Part shown: one piece after another, positions 1 to 10,133 of the stretch
Layout: every line of letters begins with the position of its first letter
Position numbering within the stretch: the stretch's first letter is position 1
Assembly (NCBI GenBank): GCA_963788655.1
Contig: CAWBHS010000022.1
Span: forward strand, 138,463 to 202,462
DNA: 64,000 bases
Source of the DNA: an uncultured Verrucomicrobiae bacterium
GTDB lineage: Bacteria; Verrucomicrobiota; Verrucomicrobiia; Limisphaerales; JAFGQR01
Direction: 5' to 3'
Notes under the pieces: generated by a model
The model's database searches: none
Told to the model about the DNA's origin: nothing
What the model saw: the letters and a program-made list of their open reading frames with translations, nothing else
Program-made: the position numbers and the translations under genes

Positions 1-148
1 CGCCATTTGCGGAACACCATCCTGGATCAGCGTGACTGGTTGTGCGGCCAACCAAATCGGAAGCGCCGCCAAACCGAATGCGCAAACACGGAGCGTTCGC
101 GCCATCCGGCCAGCCAGCGGTTTTCGGGAGGCAGAAGACATACGGTGA

Positions 149-592
149 TCAAAACGTGAGCACTTTCCAATTCTCCTTAAGGATGTCGGTCAGGGGCCGG
201 CCCATGCCTTTGACCTCCACACCCAGTTCGCGCAGACGTTGGGAAACGCCATAGGAATCCGCGCACGCCACACAGGCTTGGACCTTCACGCCATCCCGCA
301 TCATGGCTTTGACTTTGGCTTGCAGGTCCTTATCCGCGGCCAGCAATCGGGCGGACGGACCCCAGACAATCAAGACCACGCGGTCAAACCACTTCTGTTG
401 CTGCGCTGCGTGGCAATACATCAGGCAGACGCGGTGCGCCACGTCGGGATCGCCACTGCTCCAAACCACGGCCAGCCGGCTCGGCGCGATCTCCGGGTTT
501 CCGTTGGTGTTTACCGGTTGGGCCCAGAGCCACAACGCGCCGGTGAGCATGAGGGCAATGACGATCGACCAGGTCAGGGATATTTTTTTCAT
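149..592 (-). CDS. DsrE/DsrF-like family protein with N-terminal signal or TM segment
   Basis: MKKISLTW then a hydrophobic stretch; IVWGPS..LL and ACVACADSYGV...L...GV motifs typical of the DsrE family; start chosen at ATG 592. Confidence 0.7.
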   Translation of the reverse strand: MKKISLTWSIVIALMLTGALWLWAQPVNTNGNPEIAPSRLAVVWSSGDPDVAHRVCLMYCHAAQQQKWFDRVVLIVWGPSARLLAADKDLQAKVKAMMRDGVKVQACVACADSYGVSQRLRELGVEVKGMGRPLTDILKENWKVLTF

Positions 593-717
593 GACCATCA
601 TTTTGCGGATGTCAGTTCGATTTCCGCAACGTTTTCCGTTCGACACGGCTCATCTCATGGCCCTGGATCGGCGGGTCGTGACGGCAGAATGGATATCGGC
701 GCCGGTAACCTGGCCCT

Positions 718-748
718 CGAAGTTCGGATTTCGGCCTTCGAATTTCGC
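718..748. repeat. short degenerate TTCGGAT-type repeat, same family as 49131-49238
   Basis: TTCGGATTTCGGCCTTCGAATTTC resembles TTCGGTCTTCGGATTTCC at 49221. Confidence 0.4.
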
Positions 749-836
749 GATAGCTCCGGCGCCCGGAATCTGCCGGCTAACTTTGGGCTTTCCAGTTCCG
801 CCGCGAACCGCCAACATCTGAAGTGTGACGGTCGAG

Positions 837-1127
837 ATGTTTAAACAGGAAATAACCGCAGCCCTCCGGGCGTACGAGAAATACATTGTCTGCCTCGACA
901 AGACGCCGCCTGATTGTGAAGCCTCGCTGCGTTCGTTGATGGAAAAGGCCATCAAGGCCTACCAGAATCGGGGTGCCAATCTGCGCCACGGCATTGCTCT
1001 GGACCGGCAGGTGACGATCATTCTCAGTCAGACCGACGGCGACCGGCCCTTGTGCGGCATCTATTTCAACCTGCACTCGCCGTACCAAAGGAAAATCTCC
1101 CCACGCACCGCCAAAACGGCCGGTTGA
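837..1127 (+). CDS. hypothetical protein
   Basis: 96-aa ORF with protein-like composition filling the gap between neighbouring genes. Confidence 0.65.
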   Translation: MFKQEITAALRAYEKYIVCLDKTPPDCEASLRSLMEKAIKAYQNRGANLRHGIALDRQVTIILSQTDGDRPLCGIYFNLHSPYQRKISPRTAKTAG

Positions 1128-1157
1128 ACGGCGTTCCCATCCCCGAGAAACCGCCCG

Positions 1158-1529
1158 TCAATCCGGGCGCACTTCATCGTCCAATTGGCATTCGCCGGCG
1201 ACGATATCGCCCGCGATGTTTACGTCACGCTGCGGCCCGGTGATCTTGATTTCCCCGACTTTGAGGCCTTTCCGATAGACATTCAGCCGCGTCCCCACCT
1301 GCGGCAGGACTCCGACCGGATACGAAATGACCACGAAGGCAGCCTTGCGATTGACCGATGTTATCTTGCCCTTCACCACGTTGCTCGGGGTAATGATCAG
1401 CCCGGTTCCGTTCGTGGCGGCACTAGTCAGGTTGCCGGTGACACGGCCGGGTGGTATTTCCGTGGGCGCGCCTTGCGGTCGGGCGCATCCGGCAATCAAG
1501 GCCAAGAATAACAAGAGCAACCAATGCAT
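1158..1529 (-). CDS. hypothetical lipoprotein
   Basis: Signal peptide with lipobox LIAG-C; beta-rich C-terminal part. Confidence 0.7.
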   Translation of the reverse strand: MHWLLLLFLALIAGCARPQGAPTEIPPGRVTGNLTSAATNGTGLIITPSNVVKGKITSVNRKAAFVVISYPVGVLPQVGTRLNVYRKGLKVGEIKITGPQRDVNIAGDIVAGECQLDDEVRPD

Positions 1530-1718
1530 GGAATGCTCGTACCCGCGAATGGCCTCGCGTGCAACCTGGAAAATTCATTTGCCCGCGAGGGTGAATGCCA
1601 GCCGTGGGGTTTTGCTTCGAAACCGGAAAATTCAAAACCGTGTCTCCTTGTTACGTGTGGCTTCGGTGAGTTGCCCACAGGTCATCTAATCACTTGCTGA
1701 GAATTTCCTCGTTAGGCG

Positions 1719-4118
1719 GTGGAAATGCCGGCAAAAATGGCTAAAGGTAAAGGCGTCATGACCGCGCGACATTTTTTGCTCTACTTCACGTTCATGGGTG
1801 TGGTGGCTGGAGTTACGGCCGGGGCCGCCAGGGGCCCGGGCCAGGCTATTGCCCCAACCAGTGCTGCCACTGATGGCTTTCAAACACACGTGCGCCCGGT
1901 GCTCGAGGAGTTTTGTTTCCGCTGCCATGGGGAAACCAAACACAAAGCCGGACTCTCGTTTTCCCACTTCGCAACGGCGCAGCAGGCCCGCGCGGAACAC
2001 GAGGTGTGGTCGAAGGTATTGCGCGTTTTGCAGGAACACGAAATGCCGCCGGAAGGCAAGCCGCAGCCGTCGCCGGGCCAGCGCGACCAAATCATTGGCT
2101 GGGTTCACGCCGAAATGTTTCCGTTGGACTGCGATCATCCCGATCCTGGGCGCGTCACCATTCGCCGCTTGAACCGAGCCGAGTACAACAACACCATTCG
2201 CGACCTGGTGGGGGTGACGTTTCATCCGGCGGATGACTTTCCCCCGGACGATTCCGGTTACGGCTTTGACAACATCGGCGACGTGCTTTCGCTTTCGCCG
2301 ATCCTCCTCGAGAAATATCTCGCGGCCGCGGAGCGAATCCTGGACGCGGCCATCGTCACCCCCGAATCAATCAAACCGCCCGAACAAATTTTTGCTGCGA
2401 ACGCGTTCAAAGCCACGGGTGGCGGAGGTCTGTCCGGCACATGTTGTTTTCAACTCTTCAGTCAAGGCGAGGTCTATGTTCAATTCGCGCCGAGATCCAG
2501 CGGAGAGTTTCGTCTGCGCGTGCGCGCCTACGGTCAACAAGCCGGGCCGGATTCGGTGCGCATGACGGTCAAAGCGGATGGCAAGGAGTTGAAGACGTTC
2601 GAAGTCAAAGCCGTCGAGGAAACGCCCGGCGATTACGAAGTGCGCTGCCAACTCGCCGCCGGCAATCGGCGTCTGGCCGCTGGGTTCATCAACGACTATT
2701 ACAATCCCAACGATCCGAATCGCGCCAACCGCGACCGCAACCTGGTCGTGCAGTCGATCACGGTGGAAGGCCCGTTGGACGCGCCGCCGCCCTCGCTGCC
2801 GGAAACGCATCGGCGCATCTTTATCTGCGAACCCACGCCAGGAAATGAGCCGGCCTGCGCTCGCAAGATCATCCGCCATTTCGCGCGCCGGGCCTTTCGT
2901 CGTCCGGTGGCGGATGAGGAAGTGGCGCGCCTGGCCAAGTTGGCAGATTCGGCGCGCCGTGATGGGGAAAGCTTCGAGCAAAGCATCAAACTGGCGTTGG
3001 AAGCTGTGTTGGTCTCGCCGCACTTCTTGTTCCGCGGCGAACTGCAACCCGAACCGAACAATCCCGAAACCGTCCGCCCCATCGACGAGTTTGCGCTGGC
3101 GTCGCGGCTTTCATATTTTCTGTGGAGCAGCCTGCCCGACGACGAGTTGTTTCGGCTGGCCCAGGATAAGCAGCTTCGCGCCCACCTCGAACCCCAGGTT
3201 CGTCGTATGCTAAAGGATCAGCGCGCGCAAGCATTGGTGCAGAACTTCGGCGAGCAATGGCTGCAAACCCGCAACTTGGACTTGGTAAGTCCCGACGCCC
3301 ACATCTTCCCGGGGTTCAACGAGACCCTCCGCCGTTCCATGCGTCGCGAAACCGATTTGTTATTTGCCACGATCATTCGCGAAGATCGGAGCGTGCTCGA
3401 TTTTCTCACCGCGGATTTTACGTATGTCAATGGACCGTTGGCCCGGCTATACGGGATTGACGGGGTCAAAGGCGACAAGTTCCAGCGGGTGTCCTTGAAA
3501 GGCACCGGCCGGGGGGGGTTGCTCACGCATGCCAGCGTGCTTACCATCACGTCCAATCCCACGCGCACTTCGCCGGTCAAACGTGGTAAATGGGTTCTGG
3601 AGAATCTCCTCAACGCGCCCCCGCCGCCCCCGCCGCCCAACGTGCCGGCATTGAACGAATCCCAGGAAGCCGCCGCCAACACGACGTTGCGTCAGCGGAT
3701 GGAGCAGCATCGGGCCAATCCCTTGTGCGCTTCGTGTCACGCGCGCATGGACCCCATCGGCTTTGGACTGGAAAATTTCGACGGCATCGGCGCTTGGCGC
3801 CAAAAGGACGGTGGCTTGCCCATCGATCCTGCGGGGCAGTTGAACACGGGGGAAACTTTCGCCGGCGCCGCCGATCTGCGCCATCTGCTCGCCACGGCCA
3901 AACGCGACCAATTCGTCCGCTGCGTAGCGGAGAAATTGTTGACCTACGCGCTGGGACGCGGTCTGGAATATTACGACCGGTGCGCCGTGGACCGGATGGT
4001 GCAAAACGTGGCCAAACAGGACTACCGGTTCTCATCGTTCATTTTGGAAATCACGCGCAGCGCCCCTTTCCAAATGCGCCGCGGCGAAGGCGAACGGCTG
4101 GCGCAGGTGGACCGATGA
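1719..4118 (+). CDS. DUF1592-family (PSD1-5 domain) protein with cytochrome c-like motifs
   Basis: CFRCH and CASCH motifs, RRLNRAEYNNTIRDL, LASRLSYFLWSS, RTSPVKRGKW; exact start uncertain (1737 or 1758 possible). Confidence 0.9.
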   Translation: MEMPAKMAKGKGVMTARHFLLYFTFMGVVAGVTAGAARGPGQAIAPTSAATDGFQTHVRPVLEEFCFRCHGETKHKAGLSFSHFATAQQARAEHEVWSKVLRVLQEHEMPPEGKPQPSPGQRDQIIGWVHAEMFPLDCDHPDPGRVTIRRLNRAEYNNTIRDLVGVTFHPADDFPPDDSGYGFDNIGDVLSLSPILLEKYLAAAERILDAAIVTPESIKPPEQIFAANAFKATGGGGLSGTCCFQLFSQGEVYVQFAPRSSGEFRLRVRAYGQQAGPDSVRMTVKADGKELKTFEVKAVEETPGDYEVRCQLAAGNRRLAAGFINDYYNPNDPNRANRDRNLVVQSITVEGPLDAPPPSLPETHRRIFICEPTPGNEPACARKIIRHFARRAFRRPVADEEVARLAKLADSARRDGESFEQSIKLALEAVLVSPHFLFRGELQPEPNNPETVRPIDEFALASRLSYFLWSSLPDDELFRLAQDKQLRAHLEPQVRRMLKDQRAQALVQNFGEQWLQTRNLDLVSPDAHIFPGFNETLRRSMRRETDLLFATIIREDRSVLDFLTADFTYVNGPLARLYGIDGVKGDKFQRVSLKGTGRGGLLTHASVLTITSNPTRTSPVKRGKWVLENLLNAPPPPPPPNVPALNESQEAAANTTLRQRMEQHRANPLCASCHARMDPIGFGLENFDGIGAWRQKDGGLPIDPAGQLNTGETFAGAADLRHLLATAKRDQFVRCVAEKLLTYALGRGLEYYDRCAVDRMVQNVAKQDYRFSSFILEITRSAPFQMRRGEGERLAQVDR

Positions 4119-4129
4119 GATTTTGACCA

Positions 4130-4269
4130 GGAGCGCGCCCGCCTCGGGCGCTGTCAACGGCGCCTCGCCGTTGACTCCGCCCGCCAACGCCAGCCACCGA
4201 TCAGAAGCACGGTTCCATCCGCGGCCGGCGCGAGGCGCATCGACCGACAGGCGAGGCGCCTGTGCTCCC
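4130..4269. repeat. REPIN-like inverted pair, family B (GGAGCGCGCCCGCCTCGGGCG)
   Basis: Same motif at 35329, 41281-41321 (reverse) and 56120-56267. Confidence 0.75.
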
Positions 4270-4388
4270 TTTCAGAAACGCCACCATCCACACTTGTCGG
4301 CTTCAATGGAGACGCCGCAGAAAACCGAAATGTCCGCTTGCTTGCACCCATTCACGGCCTTACTGTCGCCTATTAGAAAACACATAGG

Positions 4389-5765
4389 ATGAAGCGTATG
4401 ACCCGAAAATGGCAGATTCCCCGACGGACCTTCCTGCGCGGCCTGGGCGCGACGATGGCGTTGCCCGCGCTCGAAGCCATGGTCGCCCCAATCGACTTGC
4501 TGGCCAAGAACACCAACCACACCCACAATGGCAGCCATCCGTTGCGCCTGGCGTTCGTGTATGTGCCCAATGGCGCGAACATGGCCGACTGGAAACCGAA
4601 AACGGAAGGCACCGATTTCGAATTGCCCTACATCCTCGAGCCGCTGAAACCGGTGCGGAACGAAGTGCAGGTGCTGACCGGACTGGCGCAGGACAAGGCG
4701 TTTCCGAACGGGGACGGCGCCGGAGACCACGCCCGGGCCAGCGCCACGTTCCTGACTGGCTGCCAGGCCCGCAAGACGGCCGGCGCGGACATTCACGTGG
4801 GCATCTCCGTCGATCAAGTCGCCGCGCAGCGGTTGGGCCGGTTGACACGGTTGCCGTCGTTGGAGTTGAGCACCGACCAGGCGCGGCAGGCCGGCGCCTG
4901 CGATTCGGGTTACAGTTGCGCCTATCAGTTCAACATTTCCTGGAGCGGCGAGAGCACGCCCTTGCCGCCCGAGGCCAATCCGCGACTGGTCTTCGAACGG
5001 TTGTTCGGCAACGATCGCCCGGCGGAAATGACCGAGAGCCGCGCCCGCCGGGAACACTATCGCCAAAGCATATTGGACCTGGTGCAGGAAGACGCCCGGC
5101 AGTTGAAGGCCCAACTGGGCCGCACGGACCAGCGCAAACTGGATGAATATCTTACCTCCGTTCGTGAATTGGAACGGCGCGTGGAACAAGCGGAGCAATT
5201 CACTGCCTCCTTGCCGAACGCCACCAAGCCTGCGGGCATCCCCCGCGAATACGAACGGCACCTCGAGCTGATGTTTGACCTACTGGCGCTGGGATTTCAA
5301 ACCGACACCACGCGCATTGCGTCATTCATGATGGCGCACGACGGCAGTAACAAGCCCTATCCGTTCATTGGCGTCTCTGAGGGGCACCACGACCTTTCCC
5401 ACCACCAGAACAAGGAGGAGAAGAAACACAAGATTGCCCGGATCAATCATTTTCACCTCACCCAGTTCGCCCGGTTTCTGACCAAACTCAAAAGCATTCC
5501 GGAAGGCAACGGCACGCTGCTGGACCATTGCATGATCGTTTACGGCAGCGGCCTGTCCGACGGTAATCGGCACAATCACGACGACCTGCCCGTCCTCGTG
5601 GCCGGTGGCGGCGCCGGCACCTTAACGCCCGGCCGGCACGTGAAGTTCAGCAAGACGCCGATGAACAATCTTTACCTGGCTCTGCTCGAACGGATGGGCG
5701 TCCCGACGCAACAATTGGGCGACAGCACTGGAATCTTGCGGGGTATTGGTCCGGAGCTGAGCTGA
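4389..5765 (+). CDS. DUF1552-family (HXXSHH) protein
   Basis: Tat-like RRTFLRG, HHDLSHH motif, standard partner of DUF1592. Confidence 0.9.
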   Translation: MKRMTRKWQIPRRTFLRGLGATMALPALEAMVAPIDLLAKNTNHTHNGSHPLRLAFVYVPNGANMADWKPKTEGTDFELPYILEPLKPVRNEVQVLTGLAQDKAFPNGDGAGDHARASATFLTGCQARKTAGADIHVGISVDQVAAQRLGRLTRLPSLELSTDQARQAGACDSGYSCAYQFNISWSGESTPLPPEANPRLVFERLFGNDRPAEMTESRARREHYRQSILDLVQEDARQLKAQLGRTDQRKLDEYLTSVRELERRVEQAEQFTASLPNATKPAGIPREYERHLELMFDLLALGFQTDTTRIASFMMAHDGSNKPYPFIGVSEGHHDLSHHQNKEEKKHKIARINHFHLTQFARFLTKLKSIPEGNGTLLDHCMIVYGSGLSDGNRHNHDDLPVLVAGGGAGTLTPGRHVKFSKTPMNNLYLALLERMGVPTQQLGDSTGILRGIGPELS

Positions 5766-5936
5766 GTTGCGTTGAGCAAGCCTTCGCTATTCGGCGGCGT
5801 TTGAAATGGCCGGGCCCGACCAGGAAGATGCAAATATCCTGAGTGTTTCTTTCGTAGGCGACGTAGTTAAAAGGAAAGCTGGCGTTCTGAAGAACGTTGT
5901 GGCTGATCGCGGAATGTAACGGAATCGGATTAAAAC

Positions 5937-6410
5937 ATGAAAAATAAGGCAAAGAAACACTTGAGCACTTGTCTGGCCTTGGGGCTGGCGGTGGGTATGA
6001 CGGGTATTGCTTTTGGCGCGGCTGACAACGGCAAAGCCACGACCAAACCCTATCCGCTGGACACCTGTGTGGTTTCGGGCAAGAAACTTGAACTGACCTC
6101 CTCGACGCTATACTCCTTCAATTATAAAGGGCAACAAATCACGATGTGCTGCCAAGGCTGTCGCGAGGACTTTCAGAAAGCCCCGGCCAAATACATGGCC
6201 AAAGTCACCGCGGCGGCCAAGCTCGTGAAACCGTATCCGCTCAAAACCTGTGTGGTCTCCGGCGAGACCTTGGGCGAAATGGGCAATCCGTACGTCTTTG
6301 TCTTTCACGGGCAAGAACTCAAGTTGTGTTGTAAAGGCTGTCTGAAGACCTTTAGCAAAGAGCCCGAGAAATATCTGGCCAAGATGCGGGAATCGAAGTC
6401 GTCCCATTGA
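5937..6410 (+). CDS. exported protein with two YHS/TRASH-like metal-binding repeats
   Basis: Signal peptide; two copies of KPYPL.TCVVSG..L...F...GQ....CC.GC...F.K.P.KY. Confidence 0.8.
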   Translation: MKNKAKKHLSTCLALGLAVGMTGIAFGAADNGKATTKPYPLDTCVVSGKKLELTSSTLYSFNYKGQQITMCCQGCREDFQKAPAKYMAKVTAAAKLVKPYPLKTCVVSGETLGEMGNPYVFVFHGQELKLCCKGCLKTFSKEPEKYLAKMRESKSSH

Positions 6411-6597
6411 CCAGTCTCCAAACCTCCGTCCCGACGCACTGAGGAACTTGGTTCAACTTCCTCTGCGCTTCGGTTTCTGCGCAGGCTGGAATTGATAAGT
6501 GCCGTTGGACTGCCGGCAGGCCCATTCGGTCCGCAATCCGCGTCGCCTTAGCCGTATCCATTCAGTAGCTGGAGCAGCGATGACGCGATTCGGCGCG

Positions 6598-6730
6598 GTA
6601 GGACAGGCGTCTCGCCTGTCTCGGATAACGAAGGGCGTTCTCACTTATGGGTGACCTTGGAAGAGTCCCAGCCCAGCGATGCAAGTCGGTGGCTTCGTTC
6701 CATTCGGGACAGGCGGGACGCCTGTCCTAC
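6598..6730. repeat. REPIN, family A (GTAGGACAGGCGTCYCGCCTGTC)
   Basis: GTAG plus palindrome at 6598-6620, inverted copy at 6708-6730; other copies at 10047, 47818 and 62840. Confidence 0.85.
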
Positions 6731-6784
6731 TGAATAGTCACGGCTTGGGGTGAATCTACATCCCCTCGTTCACTGCCTAACGAA

Positions 6785-8254
6785 TCATTTCACCGCCAGT
6801 TGCCGGGTAATTTGAAACTTCTCGATCCGTTTGCGCAGTGTCGCCCGGGTGATGCCCAGCAACCGGGCCGCCTGCACCTGATTGCCGTTGGTATCCATCA
6901 GGGCCTGAATGATCAGTTCCCGTTCGACTGCCGGTAGAATTTTGAGCGCCGGTTGCTGGCGCGCCCATTGAAACAGCCGTTGCGCCAGGGCGGGAATCTC
7001 TTCCGGAATCACGGGCAGCTCGTCCCCTCGGGAAGCCACTCCCGCGGACGAAGGAGTATTTGCGGTTGGCGCGCCCGCGGTTCGATGGGCCGTGATTTCC
7101 GCAGGCACATCGCTCAACAGGATGGCGTCGCCCTTGCAGACCACCAAGGCGCGTTGAATCACGTTCTCGAGTTCCCGCACGTTGCCCGGCCAATCGTAAT
7201 GGGCCAGGGCCTCGATTACCTCAGGGGTGACAGATTTCGGACGTTTCGAGCCTTGGCCGGTGAATTTCTTCAAGAAATAATTCACCAACAAGGGAATGTC
7301 ATCGCGCCGCTCGCGCAGTGCCGGCATGGCCAGGCGAACCACATTAAGGCGATAAAACAAATCCTCGCGGAACTCCCGGCGGGCAACGGCGGGTTCGAGG
7401 GATTTGTTGGTCGCGGCAATCACGCGCACATCGACCTGAATCGGTTGATTGCCGCCCACCCGTTCAAAGGTGCCCGATTGTAGGACGCGCAGAATCTTGG
7501 CCTGCGTGGCGAGCGGCATGTCGCCGATTTCATCGAGGAAGATCGTGCCGTGATTGCACTGCTCGAATTTGCCCACCCGCTGGTTGGTCGCCCCGGTGAA
7601 GGCGCCGCGTTCGTGCCCAAATAATTCGCTTTCGAGCAGGTTCTCCGGGATCGCCGCGCAATTGATGGCGAGGAACGGTTTCTCCGCGCGCTGGCTGTGA
7701 TGATAGATGGCGCGGGCCACCAATTCCTTGCCGGTGCCGCTCTCGCCCGTGATCAGCGCCGTCGCGTCCGCCGCGGACAACTGACCGATCAGCTTGAACA
7801 CGTTTTGCATCGCTTCGCTGCGGCCTACGATGCCCACGTCGTAATCCTCCGATTCCAACAATGGTTGGTAGGATACCACCCGCTTCATGTCCTGGGCCGC
7901 CTTCAAGGCCGACAACACGATCTGCTTGAGCTTGGGCACGTCGAACGGCTTGAGCAAATAATCATAGGCGCCTAATTTCATGGCCTCGATGGCGGTTTGC
8001 GTCGTGCCGTACGCAGTCATCATGATCACCGGCAGTCGCGCATCGGTTTGGCGCAAACGGCGCAAGGTTTCCAGGCCGCTCAGGCCACCCATCCGCACGT
8101 CCATGATCACCAAGTCGGGTTTGAGCCGGGGAATGACTTCCAGCCCTTCTTCGCCGCTGTTGCAGGTTGTGATGTCAAGCTCGGGCGAATCGAAAATGCG
8201 GCGGAAGGAATATTGGACATCCGCCTCATCGTCTATCAATAACAGTTTGTTCAT
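6785..8254 (-). CDS. sigma-54-dependent response regulator (NtrC/AtoC family)
   Basis: Receiver domain, GESGTGKE Walker A, GAFTGA, C-terminal Fis-type HTH. Confidence 0.95.
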   Translation of the reverse strand: MNKLLLIDDEADVQYSFRRIFDSPELDITTCNSGEEGLEVIPRLKPDLVIMDVRMGGLSGLETLRRLRQTDARLPVIMMTAYGTTQTAIEAMKLGAYDYLLKPFDVPKLKQIVLSALKAAQDMKRVVSYQPLLESEDYDVGIVGRSEAMQNVFKLIGQLSAADATALITGESGTGKELVARAIYHHSQRAEKPFLAINCAAIPENLLESELFGHERGAFTGATNQRVGKFEQCNHGTIFLDEIGDMPLATQAKILRVLQSGTFERVGGNQPIQVDVRVIAATNKSLEPAVARREFREDLFYRLNVVRLAMPALRERRDDIPLLVNYFLKKFTGQGSKRPKSVTPEVIEALAHYDWPGNVRELENVIQRALVVCKGDAILLSDVPAEITAHRTAGAPTANTPSSAGVASRGDELPVIPEEIPALAQRLFQWARQQPALKILPAVERELIIQALMDTNGNQVQAARLLGITRATLRKRIEKFQITRQLAVK

Positions 8255-8387
8255 CCAGATCGTGACTGTGGCCAAAGCCGGGAGATGAGTCAAGTCGGGC
8301 TCGGAAAAACGCGGCTCAAGGAATGGCGGCGATCGACAGATGGCGTGACCATCGGCCTGCCCGCATCAATTCTGCGCACGAAACCGT

Positions 8388-8415
8388 TTGACTTGGCGGA
8401 ACGGCTGAACATAAT
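8388..8415 (+). promoter_or_regulatory. possible sigma-70 promoter of the FHA gene
   Basis: TTGACT-N16-CATAAT, 20 nt upstream of ATG 8436. Confidence 0.4.
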
Positions 8416-8435
8416 CGATTTCAATTAGCGAAGAT

Positions 8436-8936
8436 ATGGCGAGACTTGTCCTCCTAAGCGAAGGCTTGACCGGGCGCACGTATGAACTGAAGGTCGAAAA
8501 GACCACGGTTGGACGGGTGTCGGATAATGCCTTCGAGATCTCCGAGGCGTCCGTGTCCAGTCATCACGCTGAAATCATTCTCAAAGGCAACGAGGTGTTG
8601 ATCCACGATTTGGACTCCACCAACGGAACCTTTATCAACGGCCAAAAAATCTCCGAAGCCGTGTTGAAGCCCGGTCAGATTCTTCGTCTGGGAATGGTGG
8701 AAATGCGTCTGGAAACTGGGGAAGCGGCGCCGTCCAAGCAAAACTTTGACCAGACGCGCGTCATTCCGCAGGGCGTCAAGCTGGACGAATTGAAAGGTGA
8801 CCGCGCGCCCTTGGACCTCAAGAACACCGCCTTTTCCAAGAAAAGCAACAAGTTCACCACCTACTTTATCATCGGCGCGGGCATCGTCGGCCTGATCCTG
8901 ATTGGCCTGCTGGTTTACGTAACCATGTTGCGGTAA
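8436..8936 (+). CDS. FHA domain protein with C-terminal membrane anchor
   Basis: VGR, VSSHHA and DLDSTNGTFING FHA motifs; C-terminal hydrophobic helix. Confidence 0.9.
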   Translation: MARLVLLSEGLTGRTYELKVEKTTVGRVSDNAFEISEASVSSHHAEIILKGNEVLIHDLDSTNGTFINGQKISEAVLKPGQILRLGMVEMRLETGEAAPSKQNFDQTRVIPQGVKLDELKGDRAPLDLKNTAFSKKSNKFTTYFIIGAGIVGLILIGLLVYVTMLR

Positions 8937-8949
8937 CCATGCTGCGCCA

Positions 8950-9954
8950 TTAACCCTTCAACCATTGGGCCGCCTCGCCCGCCGAATAGGTGATGATAAT
9001 GTCGGCGCCAGCCCGGCGAATGGCCAGGAGGGTTTCCAGAGTCGCCGCCCGTTCATCAATCCAGCCTTTCGCCGCAGCCGCCTTGATCATCGAATACTCC
9101 CCGCTGACCGCATACGCTGCCGTCGGATAGCCGAACTCGGTTTTGACGCGATAAACAATGTCCAGATACGCCAGCGCCGGCTTGACCATCACCATGTCCG
9201 CGCCTTCCTGAATGTCCTGCGCCACTTCGCGCAGCGCTTCGCGGGCGTTGGGCGGATCCATCTGATAACTTCGGCGGTCGCCGAATTTGGGCGCCGATTC
9301 CGCCGCTTCCCGAAACGGTCCATAATAAGCCGACGCAAACTTGGCCGCATACGACAGGATGGGCGCATCGGTGAATCCGGCCTGGTCCAACGCTTCGCGA
9401 ATGGCTCGCACCCGGCCATCCATCATGTCGCTGGGCGCCACCACATCCGCGCCGGCCTCGACGTGGCTGCGGGCCGTCTGCGCCAGCAGTTTCAGGCTCG
9501 GGTCGTTGAGAATGCGCGTCCCTTGCGCGTCGCGTTGGACGATGCCGCAATGGCCGTGGGTCATGTATTCGCACAAACAGACGTCGGTGATGACCAGCAA
9601 TTCGGGCAGTTCCTTTTTCAACAAGCGCACGGCCTGCTGCACGATGCCATTGCGCGCGTAAGCACCGCTGGCCTTCAGATCCTTGCGCTCCGGAATGCCA
9701 AACAGCAGGACCGCGGGCACGCCCTGTTCCTGCGCGCGTTTCGCTTCCTTGAGCATTTCATCCGGCGACAATTGAAACACCCCCGGCATGGCTGGCACCG
9801 GATGCCGGACCCGCCGGCCGGGCCGCACAAACAAGGGCAACACCAACTGGTCCGCACTGAGCCGCGTTTCGGCCACCCAATGGCGCAAGGCCGGCGTCTG
9901 CCGCAAGCGCCGGAGTCGTTGCGTGGGAAACGATGCCATCAAAGACTGGTTCAT
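8950..9954 (-). CDS. hemB: porphobilinogen synthase
   Basis: DVCLCEYMTHGHCG, APSDMMDGR, YGPFREAA, MVKPA. Confidence 0.97.
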   Translation of the reverse strand: MNQSLMASFPTQRLRRLRQTPALRHWVAETRLSADQLVLPLFVRPGRRVRHPVPAMPGVFQLSPDEMLKEAKRAQEQGVPAVLLFGIPERKDLKASGAYARNGIVQQAVRLLKKELPELLVITDVCLCEYMTHGHCGIVQRDAQGTRILNDPSLKLLAQTARSHVEAGADVVAPSDMMDGRVRAIREALDQAGFTDAPILSYAAKFASAYYGPFREAAESAPKFGDRRSYQMDPPNAREALREVAQDIQEGADMVMVKPALAYLDIVYRVKTEFGYPTAAYAVSGEYSMIKAAAAKGWIDERAATLETLLAIRRAGADIIITYSAGEAAQWLKG

Positions 9955-10015
9955 GCGCGCACCTTACCGAAGCCGCGCGTTTCCTGCAACGCTGCGGTTG
10001 GCGCAGACTGGGCTC

Positions 10016-10069
10016 CTCAGCCGATGGGCAGTTTGCGGTCATTCGGAACAGTCGAGACGGCTGTCCTAC
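10016..10069. repeat. single REP arm, family A
   Basis: ACAGTCGAGACGGCTGTCCTAC with upstream flank similar to 62903-62956. Confidence 0.7.
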
Positions 10070-10133
10070 TGAGAGCGCCAAACGAGAATCCATTGTCTTT
10101 CCATTTTCCCGAGAACTCGTTAGCCTTGGTGCC

